NCBI GenBank assembly: GCA_041660305.1
Contig: JBAZWO010000004.1
Span: 32,873 to 96,872 of the forward strand
Origin: Patescibacteria group bacterium
GTDB lineage: Bacteria; Patescibacteriota; Patescibacteriia; UBA9570
Direction of reading: 5' to 3'
DNA length: 64,000 bases
The first letter of the stretch is position 1. The number at the start of each line of letters is the position of its first letter. Under the pieces are notes generated by a model. It saw only the letters and a list, made by a program, of their open reading frames with translations. It made no database searches and was not told the DNA's origin. The translations under genes were made by a program, and so were the position numbers. Shown here piece by piece: positions 37,077 to 46,478 of the stretch.

Positions 37077-38012
37077 ATGAACACCGCAAATGTAGGTGGA
37101 GGGCAGCAGGAATACCGCCCACTACATTGGGCGGTGGATTTTATTATCCAGGGGATCTTTCTTTTGGAGGGGTTACTGTATCATTTACAGTTTCACCTTC
37201 GAAAGGGGCAGTTCCCGGTCAGCGCGCCTTGCACGGGGCCGCTGTTTCGACATGTTTTTGACCTGGCCAGCAAGAGGATGGCCACGGTCTACACTCATAG
37301 GGCTCGAGTTCTGGCACTCGAGCAGATTTACTTCCCGGATCACCAGCGGGACAACGAAACTTGGTGGGGGCGGATAGTTGGTGACTGGTTTATCAACGTC
37401 CGCAATTCTGTGGCCGTGAGAAATCGCGCTCTGCTGGTCCAAGAAGCAGTGGTGAGCGAAATTTTGCGGCTGCGGGACGCATCTGGCCGAAGTGAATTTG
37501 TAGCCGTGTCGATCGCCTGTGGGTCGGCCGTGGCTATGATTCGTTCAGCGCAGGAACTAGTCGGGTTAGGGATTGTGTTGAGACTAGTTCTCTACGATCT
37601 TGACCCGATTGCTCTGGATTATGCCAGGGCGAAGGCCATTGGGCTCGGTTTTCCGGCCGAGCACTTGGTTACTATCAACGCCAACGCCCAGGATTTGGAA
37701 CGGGAGTTGGCATCTCGGGGCATTACCCCAGACGTGTGTGAAGTGGTTGGCTTGCTGGATTACTTCAGTGATTCAGCATTAGTTCGACTACTCCAACGCG
37801 TCCGAGCGGTTTTGCCGGTCGGACACTCCCTGGTGGCCGCAAATGTGCGGCCGAACGTCGAAATGGCGTTCGTAACGTTCGTGCTGGACTGGGTAATGAA
37901 GTATCGGACAAGCACCCAGTTCAGTCGCCTGGTACGCCAGGCAGGGTTTGTTTACTTCTGGACCGCAGTAGAGCGGGCCGGAGTATATACTATAATAGTG
38001 GCGAGGAGATGA
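37077..38012 (+). CDS. Class I SAM-dependent methyltransferase-like protein of foreign composition
   Basis: AAGGAGG is upstream. The Rossmann-MTase motif order is VAVSIACGSA (motif I), LYDLD (acidic end of beta2), NANAQD and CEVVGLLDYFSD. The overall layout resembles the putative methyltransferase family Methyltransf_20 from memory only. My hand-counted lines give 37/60 and 35/60 G+C against 22/60 in the flank. Confidence 0.6.
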   Translation: MNTANVGGGQQEYRPLHWAVDFIIQGIFLLEGLLYHLQFHLRKGQFPVSAPCTGPLFRHVFDLASKRMATVYTHRARVLALEQIYFPDHQRDNETWWGRIVGDWFINVRNSVAVRNRALLVQEAVVSEILRLRDASGRSEFVAVSIACGSAVAMIRSAQELVGLGIVLRLVLYDLDPIALDYARAKAIGLGFPAEHLVTINANAQDLERELASRGITPDVCEVVGLLDYFSDSALVRLLQRVRAVLPVGHSLVAANVRPNVEMAFVTFVLDWVMKYRTSTQFSRLVRQAGFVYFWTAVERAGVYTIIVARR

Positions 38013-38074
38013 GCTCATGAACAAGATGTGTTATACTAAGGATAACAACAGTTCATGAGCTTTTAATTTATATT

Positions 38075-40306
38075 ATGAATCTATACGCTATTTCAGGATT
38101 ATTTAACGCACTAGCTGCAACTATACTAGGCTTTGCTATACTTTTGCATAATACCAGTAGAAAGATAAATAGATTATTTTTTATTTTTACACTTAGTATT
38201 TCTGTTTGGAGTTATGCTTACTTTTTTTGGCAAATCGCATCTTCTGCTCCCATGGCTTTACTATGGACCCGCTTACTGATGGCTGGAGCAATTTTTATTC
38301 CGTTTACGTACTTACATTACCTAGTTGTATATGTGAATCAATGGAAACAAAAATCAAAATTGGTTATTATTGGCTATGGTATTGCCATATTATTTTTATT
38401 CACTGATTTTACTCCCTATTTTGTAGAGAGTGTTAGCCAGAAATTATCATTTCCGTTTTGGCCTAATCCAGGTATATTATTTCATCCTTTTTTGATTATA
38501 TGGATTGCGTGTGTGATCTATACTTTATATCTTAATTTAAAGGCAATAAGCCATGCCAAAGGTGTTTTTCGTTCGCAGTTATTATATATGTTTTGGGGTT
38601 TAGTCATTGGCTATTTAGGCGGCGGTACAAATTTTTTACTTTGGTATAATATTCCAACTCCTCCCATTGGCAACGTATTTATTACTGTGTTTGTTTGTTT
38701 TGTGGCTTACGCCATTGCTCGTTACCGTCTTTTCGATGTTCAAATTCAACTCCAAAAGATAATTAATTTTCTTTTACCTATTGTAATAAGCATAACATTA
38801 TCGACTGTTTTTGCTTATGCGTTATATACCTATACTAAGTTAGATTACGCTTTAAATGGAGTTATTATTTTATTGTTTTATACGGTAGTGTACAGCATAT
38901 TACACTATGTATTTTTTTACACGCCGGTAAGCTATTTGTTATTTTACCGAACGTATCGAGCGCATCGGGCTATTAAGGAGCTGGCGAACAAGGCTACTAC
39001 GATTATTGATTTAGCGGCGTTGACTAATGAGATTATTGTGACGTTAACGGAAAAATTATTGGTGGAAAAAGTGGCTATTTTTATTCGGGAAGAATTTAAT
39101 AGTAAAGCGTTTAACTTGGCACAGCAAAAAAATTTTAATGAGCAGAATGTGCAAGCGTTAGTTAGCTTATCAGCTGAACAATTATTGGCGTTTCAACAGC
39201 CGCAACCTTCGTATGTGGCAGATGAATTGGATATGGTGTTACAACAGAATAATTTGTTTCCAGATCATCGCCAGCGCCAACAAACAATTTATGATTTATT
39301 ACAGGCTAGCCAGGCTACGGTGATATTGCCGTTGCGCGCACAGCAATCGCTAATGGGTTTTATTGTGCTGGGCGATAAGTATCCGCGCAAGGCTTATACG
39401 AAAGATGATTTGGAATTATTGGAACAAGTGTGTAAAGAAATTGCCGTGGCGTTGATTAATTCTAAATTACATCAGGATCAAACCGTGCTCACGCGTATTT
39501 TACAGGAAGAGGTAGATCGAGCTACGGTGAAATGGCGGCAGAAGGCGAAAGAGAATGAAGAGTTGTTGCGGGTAAAAACGCAGTTTATTACCGTGGCTTC
39601 ACATCAGTTACGTACACCACTAAGTGTGATTCGTGGCATGTTAGGCATGATGTTCGAGGATTATTTAATTAAAAAAGAGCAAGATACTTTAGAAACAGTA
39701 CAACAGCGTATGTTGGATGCCAATAAAATGTTGCATCACGCTTTTGCGGCCGCGGATAACCTGCACCATACCATGGAAATGATTTTAGCGGCCTCGGAAT
39801 TTACCGGCGGCAGCAGCGAGGTAATTATTGATAAAATAGACGCGCGGGCATTTTTTACCGAACAAGCCAATAGTATTCAGCATTTATTACAAACCGATTC
39901 TAAACAAGCGCTTAAATTTTATTTAACGCTGGATCGTAAGTTACCAGAGGTATTGCGTCAAGATAAACAAAAGCTAAATATTATTTTACAAGTGTTGTTA
40001 ACGAACGCGATTATTTATACGGTCAAGGGGTCTATTTCCTTAACCGTAGAAGATCATAATCAAGCATGTGTGATTACGGTTACCGACACTGGTATTGGCA
40101 TACCGGCTAATTTGCAACACAAAATTTTTGATCAGTTTGTGCGGTTAGATAACGCTAAAAAAATGGTGGCCGATGGCTCTGGTTTAGGTTTGTATTTAGC
40201 CAAGCAGTACGCAGAATTATTACACGGCAGTATGACGTTTGAAAGCGAAACAGGCAAGGGTAGTGCGTTCACGGTACGAATACCGTGGGAATATCAGTAT
40301 ATGTGA
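38075..40306 (+). CDS. Sensor histidine kinase (7TM N-domain, GAF, HisKA, HATPase_c)
   Basis: 743 aa with H-box VASHQLRTPLSVI, N-box LLTNAIIYT, G1 DTGIGIP and G2 GSGLGLYLAK. No response regulator is adjacent. Confidence 0.85.
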   Translation: MNLYAISGLFNALAATILGFAILLHNTSRKINRLFFIFTLSISVWSYAYFFWQIASSAPMALLWTRLLMAGAIFIPFTYLHYLVVYVNQWKQKSKLVIIGYGIAILFLFTDFTPYFVESVSQKLSFPFWPNPGILFHPFLIIWIACVIYTLYLNLKAISHAKGVFRSQLLYMFWGLVIGYLGGGTNFLLWYNIPTPPIGNVFITVFVCFVAYAIARYRLFDVQIQLQKIINFLLPIVISITLSTVFAYALYTYTKLDYALNGVIILLFYTVVYSILHYVFFYTPVSYLLFYRTYRAHRAIKELANKATTIIDLAALTNEIIVTLTEKLLVEKVAIFIREEFNSKAFNLAQQKNFNEQNVQALVSLSAEQLLAFQQPQPSYVADELDMVLQQNNLFPDHRQRQQTIYDLLQASQATVILPLRAQQSLMGFIVLGDKYPRKAYTKDDLELLEQVCKEIAVALINSKLHQDQTVLTRILQEEVDRATVKWRQKAKENEELLRVKTQFITVASHQLRTPLSVIRGMLGMMFEDYLIKKEQDTLETVQQRMLDANKMLHHAFAAADNLHHTMEMILAASEFTGGSSEVIIDKIDARAFFTEQANSIQHLLQTDSKQALKFYLTLDRKLPEVLRQDKQKLNIILQVLLTNAIIYTVKGSISLTVEDHNQACVITVTDTGIGIPANLQHKIFDQFVRLDNAKKMVADGSGLGLYLAKQYAELLHGSMTFESETGKGSAFTVRIPWEYQYM

Positions 40307-40340
40307 AATAAATAGTTAGTAGCTTGCGTATTATTAATAT

Positions 40341-40913
40341 ATGGTAGATTCAGCAGGGGAAGACAAAGAATTAGTGCGGCAGGCGTTACTACAAACTTCG
40401 GCGTATACTGCTATTGTAAAAAAATACGAACAGCGCTTGTTAAGATACGTACAACGTATTTCCGGGTTAAATCAGCCGGACGCGGAAGATATTGTGCAGG
40501 AAATATTTATTAAAGCGTATTTAAATTTGAACGCCTTTGCATTAACGCGGTCGTTTAGTGCTTGGTTATATAGTATTGCTCATAACGAAACAGTATCGTT
40601 TTGGCGTAAACACAAACAGCGTTTAGCACAAAGCGATCTTAATGATGAAGTGGTAACTAATTTAGCCAGCACCGTGATTAATGCTGGTCAGAAATATGAT
40701 AATACTATTTTAAAAAAACATATTATCGAAGTATTAAACCAGTTAAGCGCAAAATACCAAGAAGTGTTAGAGCTCTATTATTTAGAAGAGTATAATTACG
40801 AAGAAATCAGCGATATTATTAAAAAGCCGGTTAGTACCGTAGGCACGTTATTACGGCGTGCAAAACAACAATTTAAAGAGCAATATATTAAACATTATGG
40901 AACCACTAAATAA
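40341..40913 (+). CDS. ECF-type RNA polymerase sigma-70 family factor
   Basis: 190 aa. Region 2 is DAEDIVQEIFIKAY…WLYSIAHNE and region 4 is YQEVLELYYLEEYNYEEISDIIKKPVSTVGTLLRRA. Confidence 0.85.
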   Translation: MVDSAGEDKELVRQALLQTSAYTAIVKKYEQRLLRYVQRISGLNQPDAEDIVQEIFIKAYLNLNAFALTRSFSAWLYSIAHNETVSFWRKHKQRLAQSDLNDEVVTNLASTVINAGQKYDNTILKKHIIEVLNQLSAKYQEVLELYYLEEYNYEEISDIIKKPVSTVGTLLRRAKQQFKEQYIKHYGTTK

Positions 40914-41580
40914 ACGCATTACTACTATTATTAAGCAAAAAAAACTACAGCCAAAACCCAAGTGGCAAATTAGCTTGGTTGAAATATTGCGCTGGGTGGT
41001 ATTTGGTTTAGGCCTGGTTTTATCCGGTGTATTAGTAGCTATTATTATTAATGTAGTTAATCAAGAAGAGGCTTGGGCAGTGTGGCAAATGCGGCGGAAC
41101 ATTACGTTGTTAATTAGCGCCATTCCAATAGTGTGGATTTTATGTGTAGCGTTACTTAGTGTTTTGCTACGGTTTGAATTTAAACACACGAAACATGGTT
41201 ATAAGATAACCGGGTATAAAATAATTGGAATAGTAATGGCGGCCAGTTTAGTATTAGGGTTGGTGTTTTCTGTGTTTAATATCACGGCGTATTTGCCGGC
41301 ACTGGTGCATACCATTCGGCAACCTGAACAATATTGGTCACAGCCGCAAGCCGGTTTATTATCTGGCACTATTTTATCGATAGATCATCAAACATTAACA
41401 TTGCGCGATTGGAGTGGAACTGTTTGGCATATTAATATCACTAGCGCTACAACCGTGCGTGGCCGAGTGCAATTGGTGCCTAATGAACAAATTAAAATTA
41501 TGGGTCAATTAAATAGCGAGAATATTTTTGTAGCCAATGATATTAGGCCGTGGTTGCCGGGGCGGCGGTTAGTGAAATAA
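40897..41580 (+). CDS. Membrane protein co-transcribed with the ECF sigma (candidate anti-sigma)
   Basis: ATG 40897 overlaps the end of the sigma gene. The protein has about 4 TM helices and a C-terminal beta-rich domain. There is no zinc anti-sigma HxxxCxxC motif, so the call rests on position only. Confidence 0.4.
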   Translation: MEPLNKRITTIIKQKKLQPKPKWQISLVEILRWVVFGLGLVLSGVLVAIIINVVNQEEAWAVWQMRRNITLLISAIPIVWILCVALLSVLLRFEFKHTKHGYKITGYKIIGIVMAASLVLGLVFSVFNITAYLPALVHTIRQPEQYWSQPQAGLLSGTILSIDHQTLTLRDWSGTVWHINITSATTVRGRVQLVPNEQIKIMGQLNSENIFVANDIRPWLPGRRLVK

Positions 41581-41687
41581 AATTAAGCATGTCTGCGTAT
41601 AGTCTGGTGTAACGATAATACTACGCTGTACAGCATAAGTGATTATCACTAACTAAACAAGCTAAATAATAAATAACCAATAAATTT

Positions 41688-42074
41688 ATGAACAACACAG
41701 CAAAAATATTAATGGCCGTTGGTATCGTAGCCGCACTAGGTTTAGGCGCTACTGCCTATGCTTACCAAGGCGATATTACGCAACATGGCCCAAATTACAC
41801 TCCAGAGCGTGAAGCGGCTATGACCAAGGCTTTTGATAATAACGATTACCAATCCTGGAAAGAGTTGATGAACGGTCGTGGCCGAGTTTCTCAAGTAATT
41901 ACCGAACAAAATTTTGCCAAATTTGTAGAAATGCGCAAATTACAGTTAGCCGGCAAAACCACTGAAGCCAATGCGATTCGTACCGAACTTGGCTTAGGCA
42001 CTGGCGCCGGTCAAGGTCGCGGCATGGGCAAAGGCAACCATTCTGGCAATGGCACCTGTAATAACGCACAATAA
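41688..42074 (+). CDS. Small secreted protein with Gly-rich tail
   Basis: 128 aa with a signal peptide (ALGLGATAYA), a helical middle and the C-terminus GLGTGAGQGRGMGKGNHSGNG. Confidence 0.5.
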   Translation: MNNTAKILMAVGIVAALGLGATAYAYQGDITQHGPNYTPEREAAMTKAFDNNDYQSWKELMNGRGRVSQVITEQNFAKFVEMRKLQLAGKTTEANAIRTELGLGTGAGQGRGMGKGNHSGNGTCNNAQ

Positions 42075-42095
42075 ATCATTCTGTATCTGATGTAT

Positions 42096-42130
42096 AAAAC
42101 TCCCGCTCATTTACAGCGGGAGTTTTTGGT
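42096..42130 (+). terminator. Rho-independent terminator
   Basis: AAAA-CTCCCGCT-cattta(c)-AGCGGGAG-TTTTT has an 8-bp GC-rich stem plus a T-run and lies 22 nt after the stop. Confidence 0.75.
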
Positions 42131-42141
42131 TTTTAATTATT

Positions 42142-42178
42142 ATCATAGTAGTCATTTAATCAGATAAATCATAGTTCA
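42142..42178. repeat. 37-nt repeat R, copy 1
   Basis: ATCATAGTAGTCATTTAATCAGATAAATCATAGTTCA matches 42570-42606 at 35/37. Its 3' 20 nt also match 45871-45890. Confidence 0.85.
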
Positions 42179-42211
42179 AGATATACGCTCTTATTTTTCT
42201 TCATAAAATAA

Positions 42212-42532
42212 TCAAATTATCTTCGTACTAACATATCCCACCACACTGCCAAGCACGGCCGACATAGCTAAAATAATACCAACCGATTTAACTTCGGTTT
42301 TAGCGACAATAATTACAATAGGTAAAGACATTAACACAGCCACAATTAAACCTTTTAGCCAGCCAGTTTGCAAACCAGGAATGTTTACATGAGTAATAAT
42401 AAAACCTAACACTACCCATTGCACAAAAGCAGAACCGGTAGCATATTTATCTAATTTTTGAATCAACATTGGGATGATATCAATGATTCCAGCAATCGAG
42501 CCCAAAACTAATGATAATAATATAGTACGCAT
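42212..42532 (-). CDS. Small polytopic membrane protein, function unknown
   Basis: 106 aa with 3-4 hydrophobic helices. It is flanked on both sides by repeat R. Confidence 0.55.
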   Translation of the reverse strand: MRTILLSLVLGSIAGIIDIIPMLIQKLDKYATGSAFVQWVVLGFIITHVNIPGLQTGWLKGLIVAVLMSLPIVIIVAKTEVKSVGIILAMSAVLGSVVGYVSTKII

Positions 42533-42569
42533 AATGTTTTTGAATTATGATTAAAAATAATTATTTATA

Positions 42570-42606
42570 ATCATAGTACTCCTTTAATCAGATAAATCAT
42601 AGTTCA
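42570..42606. repeat. 37-nt repeat R, copy 2
   Basis: ATCATAGTACTCCTTTAATCAGATAAATCATAGTTCA. Confidence 0.85.
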
Positions 42607-42708
42607 GAAACTATTTATTTTTGCTAAATAACTCCAAATTTGGTAGAATAAATATAATTGTGCACATTGTAGCGATAAATTAAATTAAAAAAATAAGGAG
42701 AAAAAATT

Positions 42709-44856
42709 ATGTACAAAAAAATATTGGCACTTGTTATCACCGGATTTATTTTGTGGCCGGTAACTAGCCAGGCAGAGACTAGTTTTAGTACGTTTCAGGA
42801 ATTTTCCGGTGAAGCGGCTAATGATAACGCCGGTCTTAGTGTTACGGCGGTAGGCGATATGAATGGCGATGGGTATGATGATTTTGTTACGGCCGCTACC
42901 AATAATGATAGTGGCGGAGATAATGCCGGGGCGGTTTATTTAATTTATGGTAGTAGCGCGGCGCTTACTAGTAAGGTGTTATCGGATAGCAGTGTGGTGA
43001 AATTTTCTGGCGCAGCGGCTAATGATTATGTTGGTACAGCGGCTGGCGCGGGTGATATTAATGGCGATGGGTATGATGATTTGTTAGTGAGTAATTCTAA
43101 CAGTAACGATTACGCTGGTGTAGTGTATTTATTATACGGACAGGCTACTAAATACACGGCCATGTCTTTAAGCACCGCTTCATTTATTAAAATAAACGGT
43201 GAAACAGCTGGTGAGCAAGCCGGTTCCGCCATAGCCAGAGCCGGAGACGTAAATAACGATGGTTATGCTGATTTTATGATTAGTGCTTTTGATAAAGATA
43301 GTAACGCTATTGATGCTGGTGCCGTGTATTTAGTATATGGTCAAGCTACTAGATTTACCGATTTTACATTATCAAATGTTACGGCCGTACAAATAAACGG
43401 GGCTAACGCGGATGATTTTTTAGCTACCAATTTAAGCGCCGGCGATGTGAATGGTGATGGTTATAGCGATATATTACTTAGCACGTACACGCACAATAGT
43501 AATACGGGAGCCGTTTATTTACTGTATGGCCAAAGCAGCCATTTAACTAATATGAATTTAAGTAGCGCCAATTCGGTTATGTTTACCGGTGAAACAGCGG
43601 GTGATTTTACCGGCATGGATATAAGCAGTGGTGATATTAATGGCGATGGCTATGATGATATTGTAACCAGTTCAGTGCTTAATTCAGTTAATGGAGTAGC
43701 GGCCGGTTCGGTGTACATTATTTACGGGCAGGCTACTGCATTAACAACTAAAAGTTTGAGTGATACTTCAGTAATAAAATATTGGGGCGAAGCTTCGGGC
43801 GATGCGGCCGGTTCAATTGATGTGGTGGGTGATATTAACAATGATGGTTATGCTGATTTAGTAGTTGGCGCGTCACGTTATGATAACGGTAGTATGTTAG
43901 ATGTGGGAGCCGTTTATGTGCTGTATGGTCAGGCGGCTGGGTTAACTGGAGGAAATTTAGCCAATAGTAATCAAAAATTTGTTGGCGAGTATGCCTATGA
44001 CGGCGCTGGTGACGGCTTAAGTTCCGGCGGTGATTTTAATGGCGACGGTTTTGCCGATGTGTTGGTAACGGCCTATACACACGATACTAATTATGTAGAT
44101 GCCGGTGTGGCCTATTTAGGCTATTTGTACATTGATAGCGATAGAGATGGCGTAGCCGGTACTACCGGTTTGTTCAGTGGCGCGGATTGTAATGATGAAG
44201 ACAATACTGTATCAGCGAATCAGACTTACTATCAAGATAGTGATGCCGATGGTTTGGGCAATGTTAGTGTAACGTTATCTATTTGCTCCAGCACGGTGCC
44301 GGCTGGTTATGTTACTGATTTTACTGATACGAACGATACGGTAAAAGATATTACCAGTGTTATCGGCACTACTAACGGCGATATCTTAATTACTTATGTA
44401 AATGGTGATACTGCTACCATGAATGTATTTGACGATGAAATTACCGATAATGCTATTGTAACGCCTTATACCAGTAACACACAATATTATTTAGTGTTAT
44501 CTGCCAATGGTAAAAAATTAGCGTTAGTGGATGTGTATACTAAAACCGTGTTGGCTACTAAGGTGTTATCGGAAAATAATAGTTACAAAAAAAATACTCT
44601 ACTGTTAAAAGTGCTGCGTAAAAGAGATTTGGCTGTAATTGTTTCAAAAAAGCAAAGTAATGTATTAGTATCGCTAGTGAGAATTAATTTTACTAAAGGC
44701 ACACTAAAATTAAAACACCAAATTACCTTAACCAACAAAAAAATAGTACCGGCCAGTACCATTATACATAACAAGTACATCTATTTAATGAAAAAAGACA
44801 CTAAAATTAGTAAAACGTATTTTGTGAATAAGTTGTTGCAGTTGGTGAAAAAATAA
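42709..44856 (+). CDS. Secreted seven-blade FG-GAP (integrin-alpha-like) repeat protein
   Basis: 715 aa with a signal peptide. There are seven GD(I/V/M/F)N(G/N)DG(Y/F)(D/A/S)D repeats, each followed by AGAVY(L/V)…YGQ. A D-rich segment and a Lys-rich C-terminus follow. Confidence 0.8.
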   Translation: MYKKILALVITGFILWPVTSQAETSFSTFQEFSGEAANDNAGLSVTAVGDMNGDGYDDFVTAATNNDSGGDNAGAVYLIYGSSAALTSKVLSDSSVVKFSGAAANDYVGTAAGAGDINGDGYDDLLVSNSNSNDYAGVVYLLYGQATKYTAMSLSTASFIKINGETAGEQAGSAIARAGDVNNDGYADFMISAFDKDSNAIDAGAVYLVYGQATRFTDFTLSNVTAVQINGANADDFLATNLSAGDVNGDGYSDILLSTYTHNSNTGAVYLLYGQSSHLTNMNLSSANSVMFTGETAGDFTGMDISSGDINGDGYDDIVTSSVLNSVNGVAAGSVYIIYGQATALTTKSLSDTSVIKYWGEASGDAAGSIDVVGDINNDGYADLVVGASRYDNGSMLDVGAVYVLYGQAAGLTGGNLANSNQKFVGEYAYDGAGDGLSSGGDFNGDGFADVLVTAYTHDTNYVDAGVAYLGYLYIDSDRDGVAGTTGLFSGADCNDEDNTVSANQTYYQDSDADGLGNVSVTLSICSSTVPAGYVTDFTDTNDTVKDITSVIGTTNGDILITYVNGDTATMNVFDDEITDNAIVTPYTSNTQYYLVLSANGKKLALVDVYTKTVLATKVLSENNSYKKNTLLLKVLRKRDLAVIVSKKQSNVLVSLVRINFTKGTLKLKHQITLTNKKIVPASTIIHNKYIYLMKKDTKISKTYFVNKLLQLVKK

Positions 44857-44859
44857 TTA

Positions 44860-44893
44860 AATTATTTTTGTACTAACATATCCCACCGCACCG
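44860..44893 (-). pseudogene. 3'-terminal fragment of a paralog of the 42212-42532 gene
   Basis: AATTATTTTTGTACTAACATATCCCACCGCACCG matches 42215-42248 at about 29/34. On the minus strand it reads …GAVGYVSTKII-stop, compared with …SVVGYVSTKII-stop in the intact gene. Confidence 0.6.
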
Positions 44894-44955
44894 TTATTAT
44901 AAACATATTGAGTAACAAATAGGGTGAGCCTCCTGACGAACCCATAATGAGATCG

Positions 44956-45885
44956 TTAATTAATAAACCACCATAATATTGATAAAGTAATAGGAGCTAG
45001 CGCTAACGACAAAGCATTGGCCATTGCCACTTGTTTGGGATTGTTTTGATATAAATCAGCTAAAGTAACAGTAGTTACGGCAAATGGTGTAGCGGCTTCA
45101 ATTAACAATACATAAGCATTTTGATCTAGTGGTACAGTAAACAATACGAGAAAAACATAACCTAACGCCGGCATGATAATAAGTTTAAAAATAAGAGTTG
45201 GCGAAACTAGTTTCCAGTGAATTTGGGTAAATTTAACCCGAGCTAAAAATGTTCCTAATAATATTAATTGTATCGGCACCAAAGCATCACCTAATGTTTT
45301 AATAGGTTGTAATATTGCGTCTGGTAAAAATACATGATTTATATTAAGTAATAAACCAACTAATACTGCATAAATTAATGGTAATTTAATTACTTTTAAA
45401 ATTGATTGCTTTAAAGAATTAGGTTCACGACCTAAAAAATAAGCACCCGGGCCAGACAGAAAAATTGTATTAACTAGAATTAATAAGGTGGTCACAGCTA
45501 AAGCTTTTTCACCAAGTAAAAACAAAATAACTGGAATACCAAAATTACCATTATTACCAGCCCATGCTAAAGCGGTTATTACGCCTTGTTCTTTAAAATT
45601 ATAACGAAACAGCTTGGCATATACATAAGCTATTACTATCATTACGCAATTAAGTAACACGTAAATTGCCGGAATAACAACTGTTTGCCAATTGTATTGT
45701 CCATGATAAACGCCATAAAAACCTAAAGCGGGCAAACATAAATATAAACCAATATACGTTAAAATTTTGTTGTCCAATTTAAATATTTTATCGATTATTA
45801 TTCCTAACGCGATAATGATGTAAAGTTGTAAAATGATAGTGAGCATTGACATGGATGTTAATATAACATATAAATCATAGTTCAA
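44956..45885 (-). CDS. AEC-family (auxin efflux carrier-like) transporter
   Basis: 309 aa with about 10 TM helices and AEC-like sequence. The ORF begins at TTG 45885, and ATG 45852 is an alternative start. Confidence 0.7.
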   Translation of the reverse strand: MNYDLYVILTSMSMLTIILQLYIIIALGIIIDKIFKLDNKILTYIGLYLCLPALGFYGVYHGQYNWQTVVIPAIYVLLNCVMIVIAYVYAKLFRYNFKEQGVITALAWAGNNGNFGIPVILFLLGEKALAVTTLLILVNTIFLSGPGAYFLGREPNSLKQSILKVIKLPLIYAVLVGLLLNINHVFLPDAILQPIKTLGDALVPIQLILLGTFLARVKFTQIHWKLVSPTLIFKLIIMPALGYVFLVLFTVPLDQNAYVLLIEAATPFAVTTVTLADLYQNNPKQVAMANALSLALAPITLSILWWFIN

Positions 45886-46382
45886 GATATTTTCTCAATT
45901 TTATAAGTAATTTTTTTTGTGCCGGTCTGTACTGTTATTGTTTCACCAACTGTATGATTAAGTAACGCGGCACCGAGGGGGGATTGATAGGAAATAATGC
46001 CAGCGGCGGGGTTGGTTTCGCTGGAGCCGAGAATTTTATAAGTTACTTGAGCTTGATTAACAGCTAGAGTTACTGTGTGACCAATTTGTACAGTTGTAGT
46101 GTCTGATGGTTCCTCAATAATAATAGCGTGATCCACTTGATACTGTAGTTCAGTGACCGCTTGGTTTAAGCCGCGCAATCTACCTTTGGCAATTTGGTAC
46201 TCCGCGTTTTCCGAAAAATCGCCGTTTTCGGCGTGTTTTTGAGTATCTTTAATGGCTTGTGGTAACGCAACAGTTTTAATGTGCTCTAATTGTTGTTGTA
46301 ACGCTTTAAATTTGATGGCGGTGATTTTTAAATCAAACGTTTTAAACGTGTATTTACCGGGTTTACGATTTGGTAAGCGCAT
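45882..46382 (-). CDS. greA: Transcription elongation factor GreA
   Basis: The likely start is M57 of the ORF (ATG at 46382). The protein has an N-terminal coiled coil containing GDFSENAEYQIAK and a C-terminal FKBP-like domain (ISYQSPLGAALL). Confidence 0.8.
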   Translation of the reverse strand: MRLPNRKPGKYTFKTFDLKITAIKFKALQQQLEHIKTVALPQAIKDTQKHAENGDFSENAEYQIAKGRLRGLNQAVTELQYQVDHAIIIEEPSDTTTVQIGHTVTLAVNQAQVTYKILGSSETNPAAGIISYQSPLGAALLNHTVGETITVQTGTKKITYKIEKIS

Positions 46383-46478
46383 AGAATAGTATAGTAGCAT
46401 AAAGTTTAGTGATGATACTAGTAAGAAAAATCTTACCAGTATCTTGACGTTATTATTGTTGCGCAGTAGGCTTAAAAC

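Noticed and set aside
37096-38024. Alternative-frame ORFs within the GC-rich methyltransferase gene (37096-37377+, 37185-37442-, 37600-37782+, 37788-38024-)
   Set aside because: This is the same high-GC artefact. Only the 311-aa frame has an RBS and a methyltransferase motif order.
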